NCBI RefSeq assembly: GCF_009914755.1
Contig: NC_060939.1
Origin: the human T2T-CHM13v2.0 reference genome, Homo sapiens
Reading direction: 5' to 3' (one strand)
Length of the DNA: 64,000 nucleotides
Below, piece by piece: positions 43,659 through 64,000 of this stretch. A program made the position numbers and the translations under genes. Below the pieces are notes generated by a model, which worked only from the letters and a program-made list of their open reading frames with translations, was not told the DNA's origin and did no database searches. Every line of letters begins with the position of its first letter. Position 1 is the stretch's first letter.

Positions 43659-46114
43659 TGATATGGATTGTCCCCTCCAGATCTCATGTTGAAATGTGAT
43701 CCCCAGTATTGGAGGTGGGGCCTGGTGGGAGGTGTTTGGATGATTGGAGCAGATCCCTCATGAATGGCTTGCTACCCTCCCCAGTATAATGAGTTTATAC
43801 AAGAGCTGGTTGTTCAAAAGAGCCTGGCACCTCCTCCTCTCTCTCTTGCTCCCTCTTTCACCACGTGACACACCTGCTCCCCTTCACCTTCCACCATGAT
43901 TATAAGCTTCCTGAGGCTTCACCAGAAACAGATGCTGGCACTATGCTTCTCGTACAGCCTGCAGAACTGTGAGCCAAATAAGCCTCTTTTTTTTTTTTCT
44001 CAATAAGTCAGTCTCAGGTATTCCTTTATAGCAGCACAAAATGGACTAACAGTAAATTGGTACTGAGGAGTGGGGTGTTGCTATAAAAGATACTTGAAAA
44101 TGTGGAATTAATTTTGGAACTGGGTATGGGCAGAGGTTGGAAGAGTTTGGAGGACTTAGAAGACAGGAAGATTAGGGAAAGTTTGGAACTTCTTAGAGAC
44201 TGGTTAAATGGTTGTGACCAGAATGCTGATGGCAATATGGACAGTGAAAACCAGGCTGATGAAGTCTCAGATAGAAATGAGGAATTTATTAAAAACGAGT
44301 AAGGGCACTCCTGTTACACCCTAGCAGATAACTAGGCTGCATTGTATTCATGTTCTAGGGATTTATGGAAAGTTGAACTTAAGAGTGATAACCTAGGGCA
44401 TCTGGCAAAGGACATTTCTAAGCAGCAAAGCATTTAAGAGGTGACATGGCTGCTTCTAACAGCCTACTGTCAGATGCAGGAGCGAAGAAATGACTCAGAG
44501 TTTGAAGTTACATTTAAAAGGGGAGCAGAGTGTAAAAGTTAGAAAATTTGCAGCCTGGCTGTGTGAAAGAAAAAGCATTTTCAGGAGAGGACAATAAGCA
44601 GATTGTGTCAGGAGAGGACTACAAGCACTAGTGGAGCAACTTCTCCCAAAAGAGATTTGCATGACTAAAAGGGAGGCAAGCACTAATAGCCAAGACAATG
44701 GGGAAAAGGCCTTGAAGGGGTCTCAGAAATCTTTGGGACAGAAGTTCCCATCACAGGTCCAGAGGCCTGGGAGGAAAGACTGGTTTCTGAGGCCAGAGCT
44801 GAGGCACTGCTGCCCTGCACAGCCTTAGGACACTGCATCCGTGATCCTGGAAGCTCTGGCTCCAGTCATGGCACAGAGGGCTCCAGGTACAGCTTGAGAC
44901 ACTGCTTCAGAGAACATAAGCCGTAAGCTTTGGTGGTACCATGTGGTACTAAGTCTGCAGGTGCACAGAATGCAAAATTGAAGGAAGCTTGGCAGCTTTT
45001 ACCTAGCTTTCAGAGGATGTATGGAAAACACTGGGTGCCCAGGTGGAAGCCTATTGCAGGGGTGGAGCTACCATGGAGGGCGTCTAATAGGGTAGTGCTG
45101 AGGGGAAAGATGGGGTTGGAGCCCTCACATGGAGTCCCCACCAGGTCACTGCCTACTGGAGCTGTAGGAAGGGGGCAACCATCCGCCAGACCCATGAATG
45201 GTAGAGCCACTGTCAGCTTGCACCCTGAGCCCAGCAAAGCTGCAGGCAGTCAACTCCAACTTGTGTGAGCAGCCACAGAGAGGGCACACTCTCCAAAGCC
45301 ACAGGGTCAGAGCTTTCCAAGGCCTTGGGAGCTCACCTCTCACAACAGTGTACCCAGGATGCGGGACATGGAGTCAAAGGAGGTTATATTGGAGCTTGAA
45401 GGTTTAATGTTGGCCCTGCTGGGTTTCAGACTTGTGTGTGGCCTATTGCCCCTTTCTTTTGGCTGATTTCTCCCTTTAGGAATGGGAATGTTTACCAAAT
45501 GCCTGTACCACCATTGTTTCTTGAAAGCAAATAACTTGTTTGTGATCTAACAGGCTCATAGGTCAAAGAAATTTGCCTTGAGCCTTAGATGAAACTTTGG
45601 ACTTTTGATTGAGTTAATGCTGGAATAAGTTAAGACATTTGGGGACTATTTGGAAGGGATGATTATATTTTGTAATAGGAGAAGGACAAGAGATTTAGGG
45701 GACCAAGTGCAGAATGATATGGTTTGGGTATTTGTTCCTTCTAAATCTCATGTTGAAATGTGATCCTCAATATTGGAGGCAGGGGCTGGTGGAAGGTGTT
45801 TGGGTCGTGGGGATGGATCCCTCATGAATGGCTTGCTGCTCTCCCCACTGTAATAAGTTCATGCAAGAACTGGGTGTTTAAAAGAGGCTAGCACCACTTG
45901 CCCTCTATCTTGCTCCCTCTCTTGCCATATGACACACCTGCTCCCCTTTTGCCTTCCACAATGATTTTAAGCTTCCTGAGGCTTCACCAGAAGCAGATGC
46001 TGGCACCATGCTTCTTGGGCAACCTGCAGAACCAGAAACCAAATAAATCTCTTTCCTTTATAAATTACCCAGTCTCAGGTATTCCTTTTTACCAATGCAA
46101 AAGGGACTAATACA
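43659..46114 (+). mobile_element. Two-LTR MaLR (MSTB-like): LTR 43659-44051, internal 44052-45714, LTR 45715-46114
   Basis: Two homologous tgatatgg...ggactaa(t)aca LTRs; internal starts gtaaattggtactgaggagtgggg (MST/THE1-int like). Confidence 0.92.
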
Positions 46115-46119
46115 TTGGT

Positions 46120-46209
46120 CTTCCTTCATTGTTTTCCTTCTTCCTGTTCCCATTTTCTCCCTTCCTTCATTGTCCTCCTTCTTCCTGTTCCCATTTTCTC
46201 CCTTCCTTC
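46120..46209. repeat. 41-bp pyrimidine-rich tandem duplication (2.2 copies)
   Basis: cttccttcattgt[tt/cc]tccttcttcctgttcccattttctcc x2, 39/41 identical. Confidence 0.9.
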
Positions 46210-46467
46210 TTTCCTTCCTTCTTATTGTTAAAAATTGTAAATGTTAATGTATATTTAATTTTGATGTCCATATGCTCATTGCTGGTGTATATAAATCAAG
46301 TTGATTTTTGGTATGTTAATTTTGTATCCTGCAGCTTTGCTAAACTCACTTATTCTGTTTTTGTTTTGTTTTTGTGGATTCTTTGGGATTTTCTATGCAG
46401 ACAATTATGTCTTCTGCAAACAGCCAGTGTTATTTCTTTCCTTTCCATCTGTATGTGTTTCATTGCC

Positions 46468-46564
46468 TTTTCTTGAACTTACTGCACTGGCTAAAACTTC
46501 TAACAGTATAACATAACATAACATAGTGTTAGAAGTTTTAGCCAGTGCAATAAGTTCAAGAAAA
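46468..46564. repeat. 42-bp inverted repeat with a 13-nt (AACAT)n loop
   Basis: 46468-46509 is the reverse complement of 46523-46564 with 2 mismatches. Confidence 0.96.
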
Positions 46565-46793
46565 TAGAATAAAAGTAGAGAGAGCAAACGTCTTTGCCTT
46601 GTTTCCTATTTTAAGAAGAAATTATTGATTATTTTACTACTAAATATAACTGTAGCTATAACTGTTTTGTAAATGCTGTTTATCAAGTTGAGGAAGTTTG
46701 CCTTTATTCCGACTTTTTTGAGTTTTATAATGAATAGGTCTTGAATTTCGTCAGATGGTTTTTTCTGCGGCTCTTGATATGAATCACATTATT

Positions 46794-47103
46794 AATATTA
46801 TTATTATTATTATTATTATTATTTTTGAGACAGAGTCTCCCTCTTGTTGCCCAGGCTGGAGTGCAGTGGCATGATCTCGGCTCACTGCAACCTCCGCCTC
46901 CTGGGTTCAAGTGATTCTCAGGCTCCCGAGTAGTTGGGATTACAGGCATCCGCCACCACGCCCAGCTAATTTTTTGTAGTTTCATTAGAGATGAGGTTTC
47001 ACCATGTCGGCCAGCCTAGTCTTGAACTCCTGACCTCAGGTGATCCACCCACCTCGGCCTCCCAAAGTGCTAGGATTACAGGCATGTGCCACCGCGGCTG
47101 GCC
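46794..47103 (-). mobile_element. AluSq/Sp-like with (TAA)n tail
   Basis: ctcttgttgccc diagnostic; TSD gaatcacattatt at 46781-46793 and 47105-47117. Confidence 0.93.
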
Positions 47104-48764
47104 AGAATCACATTATTTGATATGAATTTTTTTGTGTAGTTTTTCTTCTTTTGCCTTTTCTATTTAAGTTTTATATTGATTGATTTTCAAATATTAAACC
47201 AGCCTTAAATCCCTGGAATAAACCCTGGTTTGGTCATGGAACATAATTTTTTTGTATATATTGCTGAATTCAATGTGCTAACACTTATTATGGATTTTTG
47301 TGTCTATGAGAGATATTCATCTATATTTTCTTTTTTATACTTTCTTTGTTTCTGTAAGCAGGGTAATACTGGCTTAATAAATGAATTGAGAAGTGTTTCC
47401 TCTTTCAAATTGTGGAAGCAATGGTGTAGAATTGGTGTTAAAATTATTCTTTAAACATTTGATACAGTGAAATCGTCTGGGCTTAGAGACTTTATTTTTA
47501 AGAGTTTTAAAATTACAATTTCAGCATCTTTAATGTTATAGGACTTTTAAAATTATTTATTTTGTATTAGGTGAGTTGTAATCATTTGTCTTTTTTGAGG
47601 GATTTATTCATTTCGTCTAAATCGTCCAATTTATGAGTGTAAAATTCTTCATAGTACTTTCTTATTATCCTTTGATATCTGCAGGATCTGCATTCATATC
47701 CTCTATTTTAGTCCTCATGCTGCTTATTTGAATCTTCTCTCTTTTTTCTTTATTAGTCTCGCTAAAGGTTTTTCAATGTTACTGTTCTTTTTAGAGAACC
47801 AGCTCTTTGTATCATTGATTTTCTCTATTGCTTGCTTTCAATGTCATTGATTTCTGCTCTTACCTCTATTTTTTCCTTCATCCTTCTTGCTCTCTGGGAA
47901 ATTTTTTTTTCTCTTTTTGTAGGTTCTTCAGATAGGAGCTTATATTATTTTTTGAGTCTTTTCCTTTTTTCTCATATATGCATTTATTATTGTAAATTTC
48001 CTTCAGCATTGCTTGCTTTCTATCTCACAAATTTTAATATGTTGTATTTTCATATTCAAAATATATTTTTAAAAATTATCTTGATTCTTTCTTTTTGACC
48101 TACAGATTACTTAGAATGTGTGTTTTTTCAATATTTTAGCCTTTGGATATTTTCCTATTATTCTTCCATTGTTAATTTGATTCCAAATTATACTTTGTGT
48201 TATTTCAGTTATTCTACATTTTTGAGTTTTATGGTCCAGAGTATGGCACATTTTGGTATGTACTCCATGGCCACGTGAAAAGAGTATTTTCTGCTTTTGT
48301 TCATTGGGGTGTTGTGTAAATTTTAGTTATATCTTGTTGGTTGATATTGTTAAGTTTGTCTGTATCCTTGCTGATTTTCTGTCTCTTTCTCTTTTAAATT
48401 GTGGAGAGACAAAGTATAAACATCTCCAGCTATAATTGTGGATGCTTCTGTTTCTCCTTTCAATTTTGTAAGTTTTGTCATCTATGTGTTTTGAAGTTTG
48501 ATGACACACAATTAAGATTGCTGTGTTTTCTTGGCAGATTGGCCTGTTTATCGTCAGATATTGTCTCTCCCTATCTATGGTAATTTTCTTTGCTCTGAAT
48601 GCTTTATTTGATATTATATCAGGCCACAACAGATTTATTTAGATTAAGGTTTACATGCTGTATTTTGTTCTATTGTTTTATTTTCAAATCGTGTGTATTG
48701 TTTTATTTGATATAAGTTTCTTGTAGACAGCTTATAGTTTGGTCATGCTTTTTTGTTGCTGTTT

Positions 48765-50630
48765 TTAGTAGATTTTATTTTTAGAGCAGTTTTAGGTTTA
48801 CAACAAAATTGAACAAAAGTACAAAGATTTCCCACATATCCTGTGTCACCCCACATGCATAATCTCTCTCATTATTAACATCCCTGACCAGAGTGGTACA
48901 TTGTTACGATTGACAAACCTACACTGACACATCATTGTCACCCAAAATTCATAGTTTACATTAGTGTTTGTTCTTGGTGTTGTACATTCTGTAGGTTAGG
49001 GTAAATGTATAATGACCTGTATCTACCATTATAATATCATTCAGAATAGTTTCACTGCCCCCCAAGTCTTCTCTGCTCCACCTAGTCATCCCTTGCTCCA
49101 CCCAACTCTTGAAAACCCTTGGTCTTTTTATAGTATCTATAATTTTACCTTTTCCAGAATGTCAGCTCTGGGAATGTATGGTCCCACAGTTGGGAGCATA
49201 CAGAATGTAGCCTTTTCAGATTTGACTTCTTTCACATAGTAATATGCATTTAAAGTTCCTCCATGTCTTTTTATGGCTTGATAGCTCTTTTTTTTTTTAG
49301 TGTTGAATAATAATCCATTGTCCAGATGTACCACAGATTACCCATTTACCTACTGAATGACATTTTGGTTGCTTCCAGTTTTGGGCAATTATGAATAAAG
49401 CTTCTATAAACATCTGTGTATAGGTATTGTGTGGACATATGTTTTCAAATCCTTTGGGTAAATACCAAAGAGGGCAATTGCTGGATTAAATGATAAGAGT
49501 ATGTTTAGTTTTGTAAGAAAATCCTAGACTGTCATTCCAAGTGCCTGTACCATTTTCTGTTCTCACCAGCAATAAATGAGAATTCCTGTTTCTGTTTGTC
49601 CTTGCCAGCATTTGGTGTTGCCAGTGTTCTGGATTGTGGCCATTTCAATAAATGTGTAGTGGTATCTCATTGTTGTTTTACTCTGCATTTCCCTGATGAC
49701 ATATGATGTGGAACATATTTTCATATGTTGATCTGTATGTCTTCTTTGGTGAAGTATCAGTTAAGATCTGTCTTAGTTCATTTAGTGTTCCTATAAAGGA
49801 ATACCTGAGGCTGGGTAATTTATAAAGCAATGAGTTTTATTTGGCTTACAGTTCTACAGGCTGTGGAAGTATGGCACCATCATCTGCTTCTGATGAGGGC
49901 TTCAGTCTGCTTCTACTCATAGCAGAAGGTGAAGGAGGAGGAGCATGTGTAGAGATCACATGATAAGAGAGGAAGCAAGAGAGAAAGAGAAAGAGGTGAC
50001 AGGCTCTTTTTAACAACTAGCACTCACGGCTCTTATGGGAACTAAAACAGTGGTAACTCATTACCAGGAGGATAGTACCAAGCCATTCATGAGGGATTTG
50101 CCCCGTGACCCAAACACTTCCCCTTAGGTGCCACCTCCAGTGTTGGGGATCAATTTTCCATATGAGATTTGGAGGGATCAGACAAACTATAGCAAGGTCT
50201 TTGGCCTATTTTTAAATTGGGTTGCTTGTTTTCTTTTTGTTGAATTTTAAGCACTGTTTGATGTTTTTGTATAACAGTCCTTTATCTGATTTGTCTCTTT
50301 CAATTACTTTCTCCCATTCTGTGACTTGGCTTCTCATTATCTTGAAATTTTCTTTTGCAGAGGAGAAGTTTTTAATTTTAATGAAGTCCAGTCTATCAAT
50401 TCTTTCTTTCGTAGATCATCCTTTGGTGTTACTTCTAAAAAGTCATCACCATACCAAAGTCATGTAGGTTTTCTCTTGTGTTATCTTCTAGTTTTATAGT
50501 TTTGCATTTTACATTTAGGTCTGTGATCCATTTTGAGTTAATTTTTGTGAAGGATGTAAGGTTGTATCTACATTTATTTTTTCGTATGTGGATGTGAGTT
50601 ATTTCAGCATCATGTCTTTTAAAGACTATT
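48765..50630 (-). mobile_element. L1MC1/2-like 3' portion (same family as the element at 7925)
   Basis: ttagagcagttttaggttta..agagtggtacat..acacatcattgtcaccc, paralleling 7945-9330. Confidence 0.85.
49769..50194 (-). mobile_element. MST solo LTR
   Basis: tgtcttagt..ctataaaggaatacctgaggctgggtaatttata..aaactatagca; TSD agatc/aggtc. Confidence 0.9.
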
Positions 50631-50680
50631 GGGACCTGTTTTTCTAGTCTCTGCCAACCTGTATTAAATTACTTTATTTA

Positions 50681-53474
<2,794 letters not shown>

Positions 53475-53489
53475 AAATTACTGTACTTA

Positions 53490-54600
53490 GAGTATTTACA
53501 TTTAATGTAATTATTGGTATGTTAGGGGCTTATGTGTGCCATTTTATTTCTGTATTTTGTTTATCTTTTTTATATTTTACCTGCTTTCCTATAGGCTATT
53601 TGAACATTTTTAAGAATTCCATTTGATTTATTCATAGTGTGTCTCAGTGGAACTCTTTGTGTATATATAAATTATTCCAATGAGTAATACTCTATTGTTT
53701 GAATATTAGTCGTTTTTCTAGGTATTATATTATTTATGAATAGCTTATTCCTGTCTACTAATGTTATTTTACCAGTTTGCATGCAGCATAGAAACTTTAC
53801 CTCCCTTTATCCTCTCCTGTAGTTACCTTTACTATTTTCTCCACATACATTAAAACCATCTCAGACAGTTTTATACTTTTTCCTTCAACCAACAAACATA
53901 ATTTAGAATACTCAACAAGAGAAAAAAAGTTCCATTATATTTACCCATATTTTTACTTGCCATATTTTTCCCTCCTTTCTCTCCACTCTTCCTTCTTTTA
54001 ATGTTTCCTTTCAATCTATTGAACTTTAGCTATTCTTCTGAAGGTAGATGTGGTGGCAACACAATCTTTTAGTTGCCTCAGTCTGAGAATTTCTTCATTT
54101 TTCTTTCATTTTTGACCAATATATTTCACTGTATATAGGATTCTGAGGTGATCTTTTTTTCAGCATTTGAAAAGGTTGTTTTTCTTCATTCTGAACTCTG
54201 TGGTTTCCAATGAATAATACTTTGTCATTTGAATTGTTTTTGCAGTATAGGTAATGTGTCATTTTTCTTTCTCTGTTTTTAAGGTGTTTGTGTGGTCCTT
54301 AATTTTTAGAAATTTGACTATGATGTGTCGTGGTGGAGATTTCTTTGGATTTATCTTGTTTGGGGTTTGTTCATTTCTTTAATCTATAGATCTGTGTCTT
54401 TTATCAAATTTGTGAAGTGTTGGTCATTATTCATGTACTTTTTCAACTCCACCTTCTTCTTTTATCTAGGACTCCAATTATATGATTATTAGATTTTTTT
54501 TTGTAGTCCCATAAGTCTCTGACTTTTTTTTCAGTTTATTTTACCTTTGTTTTTCAAATTGAGTAATTTCTATTCTATCTTTGTGTTCACAATCTCCACC
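53490..54600 (-). mobile_element. Old L1M fragment (inter-ORF/ORF1 region)
   Basis: atttacatttaatgtaattattg.. and ttgactatgatgtgtc.. antisense L1 motifs. Confidence 0.65.
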
Positions 54601-54966
54601 TGTAATTCTTAGTAAAGCAGGTTATATGTAAGATGAGAATGTTTTAGAGAACAACTCAGCATGAAAATAATCAGATCATATTTGTGGCAATACAGGATGT
54701 AAAATATGGGGATCATAGAATAGAACTTAACAGTTCTTTCAACAGTTGGATAATGCAATTAGTACAACTTTATGCAATGTCTTCTTTCCACTGTATATCT
54801 TATTTTTAATATGATTATTTTGAAAAAACATACTAATTATATAATATTCCATTTTATGTATAAGCAATGATGTATTGCTGGGCAGTTAACTTTGTTGATA
54901 ATATTGCAAGCCCTATAAATAACATTATAATGAACATCTTTGGGTTTCTATTTTTGTTAATGATCA

Positions 54967-55190
<224 letters not shown>

Positions 55191-55250
55191 AATCTTTCAT
55201 GATAACCTGACTTTCTATAAAATATAAATTAGGACAAATGTATTCCTTGG

Positions 55251-55636
55251 TGCTATGGTTTAAATGTGTCCCCCAAAGTTCATATGTTGGGATCTTAATT
55301 CCTAATGCAACAGTACTGGGAAGTGGGCCTAATAGGAGGTGATTAGCTAATAATGATTAATATTGTTATTGTAGGAGTGAGTATTGTGAGAGGGGGAGAT
55401 AAATTATCTCAAGAGTGGATGTGTTAAAAAAGTGAGTTTGGTCCCCTCTTGCTCTCTCTCGAGTACTCTCTAGCCCTTCTGTCTTCCATCATGGGATGTT
55501 GTAGCAAGAAGCCCCATTGCCAGATGCCAGCACTTTGAAATTGGACTTCCCAGCCTCCAGAACTGTGAGAAATAAATTTCTTTATAAATTACTCCCTTCA
55601 TGATATTGTTACAGCAACACAAAACAGACCAAGACA
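55251..55636 (+). mobile_element. MaLR solo LTR (MSTD/MLT1A type)
   Basis: tgctatggtttaaatgtgtccccc..ggacttcccagcctccagaactgtgagaaataaatttc..agaccaagaca. Confidence 0.88.
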
Positions 55637-56978
55637 CTTTATCAAATTGCAAAGAAACATTGTTGTTCTAGGTTATAATAAATGTAAAAACTAGTGCAAA
55701 TTTATTTTGGGCTACATGTGAAGGGATGAGATAAGGAGGGTGGATGGTGTGGGACAGAAATTCAACTGTTAACTATTATATAGATTCAAACTTGGACGTC
55801 ATCTACACATAGCAATTTATTCCTAGCCAGTTCAGGGTTTATAATGAAAAAATATTTCCCTGACATATTAAGTGGCTCATATATAACAAAAGGTCATTTA
55901 TGAAGGAAGGAATTACTTTGGAAATTTATGCAAACTATTTAATCACTTAAATTATGAAAAAGTTCCAACGCAATTTGGTTCCTGATTTTGTGATAGGAAC
56001 ATTTTTCTTGGTAATTGGTGTAGTGGCCTCATGTCAGGAGTCACTTCATTCTCCTTTTCAGAAGAAGAAAAGGGTTTATGAATGGTCTGTATTTGATTTT
56101 TTAGCACCTCACTATTCATCAGTATAAGCCCTAGATTAGATGGGCAATGGAATTTTGGGCTGAAGAAGGGAGAGGTATAGTTTTCCTTGTGTTAAAACTC
56201 TGTTTGATTAATTAGAATGAACTGCCAAGGTGTTTCTGGACACCAGTAATTTATTATCTTCCTACAAGTCTATAAGAGAAGGATTAGAGCCTAAAAGTCT
56301 GTATGGAACTCGCTATTTATAAATTTTACGGAAAAACAAACATGTTGGAAAACTGCAAGTTTAATCAGATTCTACAGGACTTCTTAGAATCCTTGTGACA
56401 GCAATATGAACTAAGAATTGGTAGGAGGGGTTATAGTTCTTTCTGTTTAATGTCTGTAATTTACATAGGGCTCTCTTAGACCATAGATTTAGGGTGACCC
56501 CAGCCTGGTTTCACAAGGTAGGACTTCCATTGAATTCTCTCTCACCAGTGTGTTCCTCGTTTGGAGTTCAGCACTGGGGACTGACTGGGCGGCAATGTGC
56601 ATGAGCACATACAGTCTCAGAACATGCACTTTGGGCAAAGAGCAGAGCCCCTTTAGGTCAGGGTTGGATTTACCGTGGTGGCTCCAGTAGAGGACTGAAG
56701 CTTTGGCATATCATGTTCAATGTTCCTTCCTCTCCATCAGATATTTTTAATAAATGTGCAAGTCTTTAATAAATGTGAATCACCAGTGGTGGACATTTTG
56801 TCCAAGAATTGTCCTGAAGAGGAAGACAGTTTGGACCAGCTGCCCTGGGAAACTCCTCAGGCTACTTTACTCGAGTGCAGCCTCGCTGACTGCTCATGCT
56901 AGTGCATTAGAAGGTGGCCACGAGGACAGGCTGGCGCTGCCTGCACGGCCTGCACTCATACCTATGCTCATCGGCTGA

Positions 56979-57281
<303 letters not shown>

Positions 57282-57570
57282 TCCCCCTAATTCTTATATT
57301 TCAGCAACATGTCCCTGTAGGTCACTTCTAGTAGTCTTTGCTATTTAAATAAGCTTAGGAGCATCTGCAAACTTAGAAAGTTTCCTGCCTTTGAGATAAT
57401 TTATAAAAATATCAATGTTGATTCTGGCAGAAACCCCCCATGTAGGCCCTTTATCCCAATTAATGTTTTTCAAACATTAGAGTGCCTGACATTGTGATAG
57501 ATCATTAGCCGTCTCTGCTACTTTATATATTTTCTGTATCTTTATCCTTATGCATACAAAGAAACTTAGC

Positions 57571-57680
57571 ACCATATTCCATTCATTCTAAGATGCACAT
57601 TAGTTTCACATTTTAACTTTTTTATTTAAAATTGGGCATGTCTTACAATTGAATACCATCTTAGATTTGATGACATGTGA
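57571..57680. mobile_element. MER104-like TcMar-Tc2 MITE
   Basis: ccatattccattcattctaagatgcacat..ttcacattttaac..catcttagatttgatga, with inverted ends. Confidence 0.65.
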
Positions 57681-58240
57681 AACTAGAATAAATGCTTAGA
57701 GGATTAACAGTGGAATTGGAATTATCCCTTGAGTGTATGTTAAAAATAACCTGAAAAGAGTTTGTATTTAAAAGTATTTTCAGAGTTTCAATTATGCTGA
57801 CTCCAATTTTTGTATCCCATTCTTCTGAATTCAGTTTCTCCTTCCAGGAGGACACCTGATAGTAATTACTCCAATGAAGTAGTGTCAGTAATGACATTGT
57901 CTTTGTTTATCTGAAAAACGTTTTTCTTTTAACTTTACTCTTGGACGGCAGTGTAGCTGGTCTTAGATTCCAAAGTTGAAGTCCATAATTACTTTCCATA
58001 ATTTGAACATGTTACTTCATTGATTCCTGGCTGCTCTTATTGTGGCTTGCCATCTGCTCCCTGGCCAGTCGTTGTTACCCTGTGGATAAACTGTTTGATT
58101 CTGTACTTTTAAGATATTCTTTTTCATATTCTATCGTTTTACTACAATGTGACTTAGTTAATTTTAAAATTATAAATAAACATATTATAAATAAACTCCC
58201 TTGTAATATCTTCAAGTTTTCTTTAAAGATAAACACTTTT

Positions 58241-62870
<4,630 letters not shown>

Positions 62871-64000
62871 AAAAAATGATGGAGGTTTGAATTAGTCTTT
62901 GATTTATACTTATATTTTTGAGGAACTCATACTTCCTTAATCTGAGGAAAAGTTGGCCAATTCTGGAAATTTCTCAGCCATTATTTCTTTAACCTTTCTT
63001 TTATGAAACTATTTTATACACATATTGAATCTTTTCATTGTGTCCTTCAAGTCTTTCAAGCATTCGCATTTTCCATCTCTTTATCTTTCTGAGTTACATT
63101 TTAGGTCATTTTGTTGAGTCTGTCTTCAGCTTACTAATTATCATTTCTGTTCTTTCCAATTCATTGTTTAACCCACCCATTGAGCTTTTATTTCAGTTAC
63201 TAAATTTTTCATTTTGTAAAGCTCTTACTTTTGTTTTCTTCCAAATCTGCGTTTTTACCCCTAGAATATCTTATTCTTTTACTATGTTTTTGATTTCTGT
63301 AGTGCATTTAATCACGTTAAACATATTTATTCAGTATTATCCCTCTGATATTTCTCTTGTCTGTATTTTTGGGGGCTTATTCCTCCTGACTTGGTTTTCT
63401 CTCTTTCACTCATGGAAAATGTTATACTTTATGTATTTTGTATTTTTGATCAGGAGGGTATAATCATTGTGTTTTCTATGCAACAATTTTTTATTATTAT
63501 TTTCTTTCTTTTGTCTTTTTTGTGGTTTGCTAATTTGTTTGTTCTCATTGCGTCTGTCTGGGTCCTCAAGTTTTACTGGTCTAGAACAACTTCTAAGCTA
63601 ATGCCATGACTTGCAAAGTTCCTAGGCTTTGTGAATTGGTTACATTTGAATTCTCCATCAGAAAGAAGGCTGATACATTTTCAGGAAATAGAGTGTACCC
63701 TGACCTGGTTCTCCACTTTCAGCCCAGAATGACACAGACTAACTTGCTTCTTTCTTGGCCAATGGTCTCTTCAAATTTCCTGGACCATGCTGGTAGAAGT
63801 AGGTGGGGGGTTTGGTTCAGCTCTCCACCTACGAAAGAGAATCTTTTCTATAGTCCCACTTAGGCATTGTTTAGGCTCTCTGTGAATAACACTGGCCACT
63901 GGTCTCCATACTCCTGCACTCTGCTATGGTGTCAGCTCACGTACTTACAATGTTCTTTTCAATTTCCTCTTGGATTTTGTTGTTGTTGTTGTTTTGAAGG

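Noticed and set aside
63038-63609. 141-aa and 72-aa hydrophobic ORFs
   Set aside because: T-rich, probably decayed antisense LINE sequence; no splice or domain support

Overview
Human-type (primate) genomic DNA containing the 5' end of CHRNA7 (alpha-7 nicotinic acetylcholine receptor, + strand). It holds about 2.7 kb of upstream sequence, a CpG-island/GC-box promoter, coding exon 1 (2742-2796, with an alternative donor at 2883), exon 2 (3045-3184) and the first ~61 kb of the long intron 2. Exon 3 was not found in the window. The intron is mostly nested transposon relics: several ancient L1M elements, a full-length antisense L1PA3 inserted inside an Alu, a sense-oriented 5'-truncated older L1PA, about 16 Alu/FLAM copies, MaLR and ERV1 LTRs including a two-LTR MST element, and DNA transposons (MER1B, MER20, Tigger3, MER104). 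The best leads are: (1) the L1PA3 antisense promoter with an intact, extended ORF0 pointing in the CHRNA7 direction, whose SD2 donor is in phase with CHRNA7 exon 5; (2) a candidate in-frame poison exon at 4332-4550; (3) a 42-bp fold-back palindrome at 46468-46564; (4) a 76-bp hairpin-containing minisatellite; (5) recursive-splice-like AG|GT sites. Repeat subfamily names come from remembered consensus sequences, not a database search, and boundaries of old repeats are approximate.
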